A stretch of 64,000 nt of DNA from Macrostomum lignano (lineage: Eukaryota). The stretch's first letter is position 1, and the number at the start of each line of letters is the position of its first letter. The stretch is taken from contig NIVC01001776.1 in NCBI GenBank assembly GCA_002269645.1, forward strand, positions 139,201 through 203,200, written 5' to 3'. This document shows positions 24,678 to 36,409 of the stretch, in pieces. Under the pieces are notes generated by a model. The model had not been told where the DNA came from and searched no databases. It worked only from the letters and a program-made list of their open reading frames with translations. Position numbers and translations under genes: made by a program.

Positions 24678-27600
24678 TCACAGAGCCGCCAGTGCGGCAT
24701 CGCAGAAGCTGTACAGGAAGTCGTGCAGCCAGCGGCCCCGATCCTCGCACATGCCGGCCAGCCGGCTGTCAGGCGTCAGAACGTCGGCCAGTTCAACGCC
24801 GAGGCGGCCGCTGGCCAGCAGGCGGGCCAGACAGAGCCTGGCTAGCTCGGAGTCCCTGAACACGCTGGCAGCGGTTAGCAGGCGACTCAACGGCGACTCA
24901 ACAGTGGATGAAGAAGACGCCGGAGATGCTGAGAAATAAACAAACGATGCCCGCATCAGCACCGCCTCGGCAGCCGACGGCAAGTCCAGCAGGAACCGGC
25001 GCCTGCAGGCGACAAGTCGCAGATAGTCGGCGAGCCGACGGAACGGCCCCGACTGGAGGTGCAGACAGGCGGAGCCGGAGTCCGCGCAGCCGTAGGCCAG
25101 GTGCAGCACGGACTCAACAGTAGGCGGGTCAACATCGTGCAGCTGGATCCTGGTCGAGCCGGACTCGGCGAAGCTGCCAGCCAGGAGGGCTCGGAAATAA
25201 TCCGACCGGGCGGTGAGGGCGGCCCGGTGACAGGACAGGCCGCTGGGCAGCGGTGAGTCCGCATCACCGTCCAGCGATGACGGAAAAGTCAGCAACAGGT
25301 CGGCTGGCTCGGAGGCGATTCGAGCGCCGAACTGGCAGGTCGGGGAGCTCAGCTTGTCCTGTTGAATCTGGCGCTGCAAGCTGCCCCGCTGGAGTAGAAG
25401 AGTCCAGGCAATGTCGGCGGCGGAGCAACTGGTGCTGCTGCTCAGGCGCAGGCTGGAGCTGACCACATCGGACAGTCGCTGGCCGGGGGGACCCAGCCGG
25501 CTCAGGCACAGGTGCAGCAGGCGCCTCAGGCCCAGCCCAGCCAGTTCAGCGTCTGGCGACTCGGCATTGTCAGCAGCGGCGTCTTCGGGTTCGTCGGATC
25601 GCCGCAGCAGACGGAATAGCCGGGCTACGAAGCCTGTGGCCCGGTGAGCTCGGCAGATTGTCGATGACTCAACCGTTGCTATGGTGACGGTGGAGTCAGT
25701 CCGATGGTCGCTCGGCCGGCCCGGCCTGAGCAGTAGACAGGGCAGGCTGAGGGCGCACAGGCGGGCGAGCCCGGGCCGCCGGCCAGAGGAGGCGAACCTG
25801 GACAGCGAGCGCAGGGTCTCCAGACCGAAGTGACTGCCAGCAGTGATGGCCGCTCTGTCCAGCACCTGCGGTTTTATTGCCAAATATCATATTATCTGTG
25901 CCATTTTTATCTAATCTCTGGCTTTCCAATCTAATCTCTGGCCTTCCAATCCAATTTCTGACGTTGTTATCTAATCTCTAGCTGTCTCAAACAATCTATG
26001 CCATTCTTATTTAATCTCTGGCCGACTCATCCTGTGTCTGGCCGTCCCATCCAATCTCTGGCCGTCTCATCTAATCTCTGGCTGTCTTATCCAATCTCTG
26101 GCTGGCTCATCTGCCCTTCTTATCTAATCTCTGGCCGTATGATCCAATCTCTGGCCGTCTAATCTAATCTCTGGCTTGCTAATCCAATCTCTAGCTCTCT
26201 CATTCAATCTCTGCTCTTCTTATCTAATATATGGCCATCCGATCCAATCTCTGGCCGTCCCGTCTCATCCAATCTCTAGCAGTCTCATTCAATCTCTGCC
26301 CTTCTTATCTTATTTCTGGCCGTCTCATCCAATCTCTGGCTGCCTCATCCAATCTCTGGCTGTCTCATCCAATATCTGGCCGTCTCATTAATATATGGCT
26401 GTCTCATCCAATATCTGGCCGTCTCATTAATATATGGCTGTCTCATCCAATATCTGGCCGTCTCATTAATATATGGCTGTCTCATCCAATATCTGGCCGT
26501 CTCATTAATATATGGCTGTCTCATCCAATATCTGGCCGTCTCATTAATATATGGCTGTCTCATCCAATATCTGGCCGTCTCATTAATATATGGCTGTCTC
26601 ATCCAATCTCGACTGCCCTTCTCATTCAATCTCTGCCCTTCTTATCTCTAATTTCTCTTCTGTCCTTCTCTCTTGACCTTGACCTCCAATTCTACAAGTA
26701 ACCGAACTTGCAAACCCTCACCTGATCGAGCTCGTAGCAGCTGCCCGAGCACCTTGCGGACGCTGTCTCCGCCCTGAGGCTACCGCTAGTAGCGCCAGCA
26801 GCCCTGCAGTCGGGGTCGAACCGCCTGGCCAAGGCCAGCACGCATCCGCCAGAGATGAGCGGCTCCAGCGCGAATTGGCAGCCGGCCAGCTGCCTCATGA
26901 GCAGCCAGCAGCGCAGGTGAGGCCTGGCAATCAGGTAGTCAACAAGCAGGCGCAGCGTGGCCGCGGGTTCCAGCAATGCCGGCCGCAGGCGAGAGTCGCT
27001 GGCCAACTGGGTCAGGCAATGCAGAGCCGCGCCTTCCACATCGCCGAGAGTCACCGGCTCGCCGTCGGGCTCAGCTGCTTCATCGGCCTCATCAACGCCA
27101 AGCGCCTCCTCTTCGGGCACCACCTCTGAGAATAGCGAGGCAGCGTCGTCGTCATAAAAGTCGTCGTCGTTATTGTCGTCCCTGACGACGCCGTGGAAGT
27201 CTTCAGGATAGTCAGCAAAATCATCGTCGCAGTCTGAGGAGGCTGACGAAGCCGCTGAAGAAGAATCGCCGGACGAAGCGGCCGAGGAGGAGCCGGAAGA
27301 CGCAGACGAGGCAGTGGGCGAATACGGCGGAGTCGGGTAGATGGGACTGGCACAGGTAGAGATTGCTGTTGTTGCTTTCGGCGCTGCTGCAGATTTTGTT
27401 GCAGATTTTTCAGCGGCAGTTTTTGAGCTGGCCAAGTTCGACGCCGAGGACAGACTCTCGGCCTCGGCTTGTGAGCTCGCTGCAGATGTCGAAGCAGCAG
27501 CTTCGTCGGTGAGGGTGTCGACCAGGGCTGAGGCGAGGCCCCAGCGGGCCAGCTCGGCCAGGCCCCGCCTGTCGTAGGCAAAGCAGGCGATGCACCGCAT

Positions 27601-29491
27601 GGCCGTCAGGCGGACCGCCTGCCAGCTGAAGCGACAGCGCAGCGCTACGATCAGCACTCGATGACAGTCGGACTCGGCCGGGAGACGAACTCGCGACCAC
27701 GGATCGGCGCACAGCCGGTAATAGGCGGCCAGAGATCGGCGAACAAGTCGACGCCGCCCGCGACGCTGCTGGCTGGCGGGCTGGTCGGCCTGGAGTTGCA
27801 GCAGCAGCAGGCGGGCCAGGCAGGCGGGGAAGCCGGCCCGAAGGCAGGCCTGGCGACCCGGGGCGGAGCAGCGGCACAGCGCGGCCAGGCAGTTGAAGGC
27901 CAGGCGGCTGTCATCGCCGCCCAGCAGGCCGGCAGAAGCGACGGTCACCAGCGGGCTGCAGTCGAGATCGTCGGCCGTCAGGTGCTCAGGTGAGCAGGCT
28001 GGCAGCAGGTGGCCGAGCAGCCGGATAATAGCGGTGGTGATCACCGAGGCCGAGGACTTGGCGGGCTTTGACGCCTGCGCTGCTGACTGTTGCTGCCGCT
28101 TCGGAGGCTGGGACTGCGGCTGCTGGCCTGGAGATCTGCAGGGTGGGGAATCGTAAATGCATGGTTTGCATGAGGATCTGGGAGGCTGGCCCAGCAACTG
28201 AGGATCTGGGAGCCTGGCCCAGCAACTGAGGATCTGGGAGCCTGGCCCAGCAACTGGGGATCTGGGAGGCTGGCCCAGCAACTGGGGATCTGGGAGGCTG
28301 GCCCAGCAACTGAGGATCTGGGAGGCTGGCCCAGCAACTGGAGATCTGGGAGGCTGGCCCAGAGACTGAGGATCTGGGAGGCTGGCCCAGCAACTGAGGA
28401 TTTGGGAGGCTGGCCCAGCAACTGAGGATCTGGGAGGCTGGCCCAGAGACTGAGGATCTGGGAGGCTGGCCCAGCAACTGGGGATCTGGGAGGCTGGCCC
28501 AGCAACTGGGGATCTGGGAGGCTGGCCCAGAGACTGAGGATCTGGGAGGCTGGCCCAGCAACTGAGGATTTGGGAGGCTGGCCCAGCAACTGAGGATCTG
28601 GGAGGCTGGCCCAGCAACTGGGGATCTGGGAGGCTGGCCTAGCAACTGAGGATCTGGGAGGCTGGCCCAGCAACTGAGGATTTGGGAGGCTGGCCCAGCA
28701 ACTGAGGATCTGGGAGGCTGGCCCAGCAACTGGGGATCTGGGAGGCTGGCCCAGCAACTGAGGATTTGGGAGGCTGGCCCAGCAACTGACACTCTGGGAG
28801 TCTGGCCCAGCAACTGACACTCTGGGAGGCTGGCCCAGCAACTGAGGATCTGGGAGGCTGGCCCAGCAACTGAGGATTTGGGAGGCTGGCCCAGCAACTG
28901 AGGATCTGGGAGGCTGGCCCAGCAACTGGGGATCTGGGAGGCTGGCCCAGCAACTGAGGATCTGGGAGGCTGGCCCAGCAACTGAGGATCTGGGAGGCTG
29001 GCTCAGCAACTGAGGATCTGGGAGGCTGGCTCAGCAACTGAGGATCTTGGAGGCTGGCCCAGCAACTGAGGATCTGGGAGGCTGGCCCAGCAACTGAGGA
29101 TCTGGAAGGCTGGCCCAGCAACTGAGGATCTGGAAGGCTGGCCCAGCAACTGAGGATCTGTGTCCGGGAGGCCTCACCTGGAGAGTCTGGCAGCCAGTTT
29201 ATTCAGCAGGTGCGGACAGGCGCCAGCCGCCGCCAGCCGCTGCGGCCCGCCAGGCAGGCGAGTCACCAGGCGCAGACATCGAACCGACAGATAGACTTCA
29301 ACATCGTCGGTGTCTTCCGCATCAGCATTCGCCATGGCAACCAATTGTTCGCTGGCCTCCATAGCAACGAGCGGAGCGGCCGATCGCAGCAGGTCGTGAA
29401 TGCGTCGCTTAGCAACCAGAGAAGCGCCGGGGCCGCCGGAGGATTTGAGCAGGGAGTAGCTGGACAGCAGCGAGTCCAGCTGGCCGGCCAT
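24678..29491 (-). CDS. ARMC5: Armadillo-repeat plus C-terminal BTB/POZ protein, ARMC5-like (~971 aa, 3 exons)
   Basis: Exons 29178-29491, 26722-28135 and 24678-25865 are GT-AG and phase-consistent (total 2916 nt). ARM-like helices include LAALCRCSAPGRQACLRAG and VRLTAMRCIACFAYD. The BTB motif HRAALTARSDYFRALLAGSFAES...IQLHDVDP...VLHLAYGC lies near the C-terminus. This ARM+BTB order matches ARMC5. Confidence 0.8.
25900..26610. repeat. Degenerate ~20-bp and 39-bp minisatellite (ATCTCTGGCCGTCTCATCCA) in ARMC5 intron 2
   Basis: Tandem units are visible directly. Confidence 0.9.
28172..29160. repeat. 28-bp minisatellite (GAGGATCTGGGAGGCTGGCCCAGCAACT) filling ARMC5 intron 1
   Basis: Tandem units are visible directly. 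Confidence 0.97.
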
Positions 29492-30239
29492 GGCATCTCA
29501 GTGGCGAGGCTGCAAATCAAATTTTCGTCTAACCGGATGAAGAGCAAGCCGCTAGTCTTTGTATACTAAGAAGGCAATAAAAGAACAAAGAGGAAACGCT
29601 GAAAAAGTGTTCTGTTTATAATTCATAACTGCTTGCATAGTTTAATGGAAGGTTTAAATACGAAGTAGGTTTATTTGTGTTTGTAATAATACGAGCGTAT
29701 AGTATATAACAATATACAGTATACGAGATGAGAGCTTCGATATTAGTACAGAAGTATAAGTACCATAGTGTGAGTCTTGTACGGGAAAGTAGTGTAATGC
29801 GAGCATATTGGGTAGGGCCAGAGTAACTCTACCGAATCCCAACTCAGGGTGAAATTCTCTCTAACACGGGGTAGCCAGATTCAAACAAAACAAAACAATT
29901 GGCAATAATATAAAAAACGATTTGAAAGATTTCTGGGCTACCCCGCTATATCTCCGGTTTCTTAAATTTGGTAAAACAATATGCAAAACAGCTACTTACC
30001 AAAGTAAGTAGTATTGGGGCGTGGTGAGTCAGAGAGTCGGCGGAGCAGCAGGCAGGGCAAAAATAAGCTTTGTACAAATAAGATAAAGAAAAATACATCT
30101 CCGTAAAACAATGGTAAGCGACAGATGAATAAAACACTTTATTTAACAGAAGCCATTATTGATTGGTGAAATTCCAGGTACAGGTTTTCTATAAAATCAT
30201 CCTAAGGTTGCACTTGACCTGAGGATCAGACCAGTTCAA

Positions 30240-31500
30240 GGCGATTCTCACGGTAATTTATGGGGCGATTCTCATTGTGGACTATGGGGCGATTCTCAGC
30301 GTGGATTATAAGGCGATTCTCAGGGTGGATTATGAGGCGATTCTCAGGGTGGATTTTGGGGCGATTTTCATGGTGGATTATGGGGCGATTCTCATGGTGG
30401 ATTATGGGGCGATTCTCATGGTGGATTATGGGGCGATTCTCATGGTGGATTATGGGGCGATTCTCATGGTCGATTATGGGGCGATTCTCAGGGTGGATTA
30501 TAGGGCGATTCTCAGAGTGGATTATGGGGCGATTCTCATGGTGGATTATGGGGCGATTCTCAGGGTGGATTATGGGGCGATTCTCAGGGTGGATTATGGG
30601 GCGATTCTCAGGGTGGACTATGGGGCGATTCTCAGGGTGGACTATAGGGCGATTCCCAGGGTGGATTATGGGGCGATTCCCAAGGTGGATTATGAGGCGA
30701 TTCTCATGGTGGATTATGGGGCGATTCTCAGGGTGGATTATAGGGCGATTCTCAGCGTGGATTATGGGGCGATTCTCAGCGTGGATTATGAGGCGATTCT
30801 CAGCGTGGATTATGGGGCGATTCCCAGGGTGGATTATGGGGCGATTCCCAAGATGGATTATGGGGCGATTCTCATGGTGGATTATGGGGCGATTCTCAGG
30901 GTGGATTATGGGGCGATTCTCAGCGTGGATTATGAGGCGATTCTCAGCGTGGATTATGGGGCGATTCTCATGGTGGATTATGGGGCGATTCTCATGGTGG
31001 ATTATGGGGCGATTCTCAGCGTGGATTATGAGGCGATTCTCAGCGTGGATTATGGGGCGATTCCCAGGGTGGATTATGGGGCGATTCCCAGGGTGGATTA
31101 TGGGGCGATTCCCAAGGTGGATTATGGGGCGATTCTCATGATGGATTATGGGGCGATTCTCAGGGTGGACTATGGGGCGATTCTCATGGTGGATTATGGG
31201 GCGATTCTCATGGTGGATTATGGGGCGATTCTCAGGGTGGATTATGGGGCGATTCTCAGGGTGGATTATGGGGCGATTCTCAGGGTGGATTATGGGGCGA
31301 TTCTCATGGTGGATTATGGGGCGATTCTCAGGGTGGATTATGAGGCAATTCTCAGGGTGGATTGTGGGGCGATTCTCATGGTGGATTACGATACGAATTT
31401 TCATAGTGGATTATGAGGCGATTCTCATGGTGGATTATGCTGCGATTCTCATGGTAGATTATGGGGCGAATGTAAGGGGCGATTCTCAGAGTGGTTTATG
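30240..31500. repeat. 24-bp minisatellite (GGGCGATTCTCAGGGTGGATTATG) between the ARMC5-like and JADE-like genes
   Basis: Tandem units are visible directly. Confidence 0.96.
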
Positions 31501-31733
31501 GGGCGAATTTTATATCGTTTACTACGGGGGCTGGACAATTCTGGGAAAGAAATCTAAAAATATCAGATATCGCAAGGCCATTTTCAGAACGTGTTCGAAA
31601 ACCCCAAGCCGCAAAATCCCGTAGACAACTTGGCATAATTTGAATTACTTATCATTTATAACAAACAAAACTAACGCAGTCGCTTTTTCCCAACACCTGC
31701 AGATCCGTCTTGCTGCCTTGGCCAGCGCCTCAG

Positions 31734-34700
31734 CTACCGCGGTCTGGGCCTCTGTCGCCGAGGCGTCGTCAGCTTCTGCTGCCGCTTACTTGCTGCCGGC
31801 ACCGCGGCATGAGTGGCAGAGTTTGCACGCGGTTGCCCATTCCGCCTGACTGATTTAACAGCGGAAGCTCTGCAGCTGTGACCCCGCCGCTTGTCTGAGT
31901 TGTTGTTGCCGTCAACCTGCGGCGGCCGACTACCAGCTGGCATCGGCGGAGTCGACGGCGAGCTGGAGGCCGCGGCGGCTCCTTTCTGCTTGCCGAACTG
32001 GCAGCCCAGCTGGCACTCGCCAATCCGCTGGCAGGTGTGCAGCAGGCTGCGCTTGGTTTTCTCCCGCCTCAGCACCAGGTAGCAGAGATTGCGGACTCGC
32101 TCCAGGTCCAGCCTGAGGCGGACCAGGGTGCGGCCCTGCTGCACCAGCTTCGCGTCCTCGGCGCCGCCGCCGCCGCCCGGGCCTTCGATGCTGACAGCCG
32201 GCGACGAGCTCTGATAGCCGCAGTCTGCGGCTGATGTCGCTGAAGCAGCCGCAGAAGCCACGGCCTGCTGCGCCAATGGCAGGTGCAACTGCTGGCAGAG
32301 GTGGCCAGAAGGGTCGGAGCAGTCGGCCACGGAGGTGGTCAGCATTGGGCGACAGCCGCCTGCCTGCGAGAGGGAAATGCAGATTGCCATGTGAGGAGCG
32401 GAGAGGCTCATGCAAGGAGCGGATGTGAGGAGGAGCGGCTCATGAAGGGAGCGGATGTGAGGAGGAGCGGCTCATGAAGGGAGCGGATGTGAGGAGGAGC
32501 GGCTCATGAAGGGAGCGGATGTGAGGAGGAGCGGCTCATGAAGGGAGCGGATGTGAGGAGGAGCGGCTCATGAAGGTAGCGGATGTGAGGAGGAGCGGCT
32601 CATGAAGGGAGCGGATGTGAGGAGGAGCGGCTCATGAAGGGAGCGGATGTGAGGAGGAGCGGCTCATGAAGGGAGCGGATGTGAGGAGGAGCGGCTCATG
32701 AAGGGAGCGGATGTGAGGAGGAGCGGCTCATGAAGGGAGCGGATGTGAGGGAGAGGCGCAGGTGCCTGTGGTAAAACTCACAGTTCTCTTCAGCTTCCAG
32801 TAATCCAGAACGAGCGACACAGTTTTGGCGTCGATCTTTCGCGAGCCAAGGCTGCGCTGCAGGTCGCCGGGACTGACGGCCGTGTGGAAGTTTGCCTCCA
32901 ACTCTTTTAGCCTGCGGGTTTTTTAGTAACTTACAAGTAGTATATTAAGGATATTTTTGGGATTAAAGCATCTAGAAGGGTCGAGATTGAGATCTGGGGT
33001 CGGAATCTGGGATGAAGTGGGTATGAAAGCCATGGAATTGTAACGCTGAAGGGGAAAGGGAAACTTTAGGGGATCTGTAATAATGGGAATACTGGGATCA
33101 GGAATGGAAAACTTGATTAAAAGGGGATTTTGAATGGGAAAACTAGGATAAAAGGTTATTTTGAATGGGAAAACTAGGATAAAAGGTTATTTTGAATGGG
33201 AAAACTAGGATCAAAGGTTATTTTGAATGGGAAAACTAGGATAAAAGGTTATTTTGAATGGGAAAACTAGGATAAAAGGTTATTTTGAATGGGAAAACTA
33301 GGATAAAAGGGAATTTTGAATGGGAAAACTAGGATAAAAGGGAATTTTGAATGGGAAAACTAGGATAAAAGCGGATTTGGAATGGGAAAACGACGATAAA
33401 AGCGGATTTTAAATGGGAAAACTCGGATAAAAGGGGATTTGGAATGGGAAAACTAGGATAAAAGGGGATTTTGAATGGGAAAACGAGGATAAAAGGGGAT
33501 TTTGAATGGGAAAACTTGTACTTAGACATCGGAGAATATCAGGGGAAGTGAAAGACAGCAAATGGGATCCACCAGAAAGCAAAACCTACTTCATGTTTCT
33601 CTTATTAAGAAGGCCATTGTCAGGTCCGGTACGATTTCTTCCCAGTGTCTCCCGCTGCAGTGCCAAAGCCAGCTGAACAGGTGGCTTCCCCTTGAGCTGT
33701 TTCAGCTTCCGCTTGAGCTTCATCAGCTGCTCTCGCCTACGGCGCCACTGCCGCTCGCGTCCCATGGCTTTGGCCGCTTCAGCCGTGTCGGCGTGTCGAT
33801 CACAGTACACCAGGTACTTTCGTCGACCGTCCCGACCTTCTACTGAGGCCAGCCGGCCTCCGCTGCCGGCTACGCCGACGCTGCCGCAGCTGGTTGCTAG
33901 GCAACCGACGTGGAATGCGGCGTTGCAGCGCCGGACGCCGCACTGGACGCAGGCGCCGACGCCGCGCTGTCGACAGATCCGACAGAGCAGGGCGCGTCGC
34001 CACGGCGGCACCTCGGCTTCGAAGTCCTGAGAAGTGAAAGATAAACAGAAGTTGATTCGTTTTTCAAAATTGGCCTCTTCAAACGTTGCGAGCATTGACC
34101 ACAAATTCATTTCGAGCGGTTTCCTCACACTATCTGGTTGTCTATGTAAACAATAGTAATAACAATAATTGATTACACCTGCCCCGATTGGGCCAGATGT
34201 GCAACCGACAGCTTAGCCGCAGCTATTGCGCGGCGCATCTGAAGGCTGCGTACGGCTGTTCAGTCCAAGGACTGGGGGGTCGCCACACACCCTCAATTAC
34301 CCCAGCTAATGCTGGCACCCATTTTACAGCTGGGGTGAACTGAAGCAATGCAGAGGTTGAAAGTGTCTTTCTCAATAACACAAATTGTTCCAGTGAGATC
34401 GGGAATCGAACCCCCGACCTTCCAAGTCGTGAGTCCGACGCTCTAAACTACTAGGCTACAGCCCCTGTCCACCACTAATGTAAACAAATGCATAAAAAGA
34501 CAACTACTAATATCCTCTCAGCTCGCAGGCACCCCCCCCCCCCCTTGGACTCAAAGATCGGCCAATCACAATCAGCACCGTCACCCCCTCACCTGAAGGG
34601 GCTCAGTGACGGCGTCAACATCGCCGAAGGTGACCTCGGGCAGCCAGAGCGCGCAGGCCAGGTGGCACCAGGAGTCGGGGTCGCAGCCAGCCGATTTCAT

Positions 34701-35085
34701 GGCTATGACGTGGCCAAACGAAGCCGCCGACGAAGAGGACGAGGCGTCGTTGGCCGGGCAGAGCAGGCAGTCCGGGCGGCGGCGGAGGCCCCGGCTGCAG
34801 GGCTGGCACAGCCAGGTGCCCTCGGGCACGTCGGTCAGGCCGTAGCAGGCCTGGTGCACCGCGGCGTCGCAGCCGTCGCAGAAGACGATCTCGTTGTCTG
34901 GGCCGGCCTCCGGGCAGAGGCAGGCGCTGCAGGCTACGCTGGAGTCGAACTCGATGCCCAGGCCGGCGGTGCCCCGGAGACTGGCCTGGGAGGGGGGGGT
35001 TCAGTGTGCAGGCCGCTTAGCAAAATTCTTAGCCGCTTAGCAAAATTCTTAGCCGCTTAGCAAAGACAGACAGACAGACAGACAC

Positions 35086-35144
<59 letters not shown>

Positions 35145-36409
35145 CACAGACAGACAGACGGTCAGACAGACAGAAAGAAAGCCGTACCTGAAGCCGGGCA
35201 TGCGTGGCCACCTCGGCGGCGGTGATGACGGCTTCCAGATGGTCAGGTGACACGCCAGTCAGTCGCATCCACCTGGCGTCCAGTTCGTCGGAGCAATAGC
35301 CAACGGTGGAGCCGTCGCGGATAGCCGCGGGCAGGTCCTCGGAGGCCGGCTCGGTGCGGAGCAGCTGACGGGCGGGCAGGCGCCAGCTGGCGGGCTTTCC
35401 GGCTGGCGCGGTGGCCGCCTCGCTGCTCAGCGGATTGTCGCCGGGTGACAGCAGGCGAACGGTCGGCTCCAGCCGGTCCGAGTCGATTGGCACCTGAGGA
35501 ATGCGGGGTGAGATTGGGGCAGTCCAATCTGGTCAAGTCTGCTATTATGCTGGAAACTTTACTCGTGTCAATACAAAAAGTGACGATTTACTGAAAAACA
35601 TCACGCTTACTCGTAAAAGAGCCATTTCTAGGAAATACTGATTTGGCAGAAGCTTCCACTTTGCAATGGACAGTTCTTTAAAAGCGTAGTTAGACAGACC
35701 TGAGAAGACAAACAGACAGACAAACACACAAACAAGGCAAGCAGACAGTCAGACACACAAACAAGGCAAGCAGACAGTCAGACACACAAACAAGGCAAGC
35801 AGTCAGACACACAAACAAGGCAAGCAGACAGTCAGACACACAAACAAGACAAGCACACAGACAGACACACAAACAAGACAAGCAGACAGACACAAACAAG
35901 ACAAGCAGACAGACACAAACAAGACAAGCAGACAGAAACAAACAAGACAAGCACACAGACAGACACAAAAAAGACAAACAGACAGACAGACACACAAACA
36001 GACAGTCAGACACACAAACATGACAAACAGACAGACAGACAAACAGGCCAGAACAGACAGGCGATAATTTTATCTACTTCATAATCACCTGAACGCCTCG
36101 CTGCCACTCGTGTCGCCAGGGATCCGTGACCCGCAGCGGCCGCTTACTGGGCAGGCCGGGCTCAGCATCGGGGACGGTCATGCGGCTCACGTAGGCCGCG
36201 TCGAAGCACTCGGCTAGGGTGGACTGGCTGTCCGCATCGAATTGGCGCCATCGGCGAAGCCGCCTGTGCCAGTCGGAGACCAGACTGTGCTGCTGCTCCC
36301 GATGATGCTTCTTGACTTGATGCGGCTGAGCAGGATGCTGCTGCCGCTGATGCTGATGATTGTTATGCCTGCCAGCAGCCGAGGCGGATGCTCGCAATAC
36401 TGAAGGCAT
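31734..36409 (-). CDS. JADE1: JADE/PHF17 (rhinoceros)-like PHD-finger scaffold of the HBO1 acetyltransferase complex (~738 aa, 6 exons)
   Basis: Exons 36089-36409, 35188-35493, 34593-34985, 33590-34026, 32782-32911 and 31734-32363 are phase-consistent (total 2217 nt). Motifs: DPWRHEWQRGVQVP (EPC/JADE), PHD CSACLCPE...IVFCDGCDAAVHQACYG...GTWLCQPC, WCHLACALWLPEV, extended PHD CRIC...GACVQC...CNAAFHVGC, YWKLKR and LRLDLERVRNLCYLVLRREK. The start codon is uncertain, and the exact JADE paralog is not resolvable. Confidence 0.9.
32405..32755. repeat. 32-bp minisatellite (GAAGGGAGCGGATGTGAGGAGGAGCGGCTCAT) in JADE intron 5
   Basis: Near-perfect tandem units. Confidence 0.95.
33120..33515. repeat. 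~31-bp minisatellite (GAATGGGAAAACTAGGATAAAAGGTTATTTT) in JADE intron 4
   Basis: Tandem units are visible directly. Confidence 0.93.
34150..34465 (-). mobile_element. Full-length tRNA-derived SINE with CORE-like domain in JADE intron 3
   Basis: Minus strand reads GGGGCTGTAGCCTAGTAG (A box)...GGTTCGATTCCC (B box), then TGTGTTATTGAGAAAGACACTTTCAACC...CAGTTCACCCCAGCTGTAAAATGGG, which resembles the MIR CORE consensus, then an ATT-rich tail. A second copy is at ~18142-18390. Confidence 0.8.
35063..35170. repeat. (GACA)n microsatellite in JADE intron 2
   Basis: Seen directly. Confidence 0.95.
35695..36060. repeat. Degenerate CA/GACA-rich minisatellite in JADE intron 1
   Basis: Repeated CAAACAAGGCAAGCAGACAGTCAGACACA-like units. 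Confidence 0.9.

Noticed and set aside
27986-29121. ORFs of LGQPPRSSVAGPASQILSCWASLPDPQ repeats extending ARMC5
   Set aside because: A canonical donor at 29176-29177 and acceptor at 28136-28137 excise the 28-bp array in the correct phase.
30226-31624. ORFs of 290-390 aa in three frames
   Set aside because: They are artefacts of a 24-bp tandem array.
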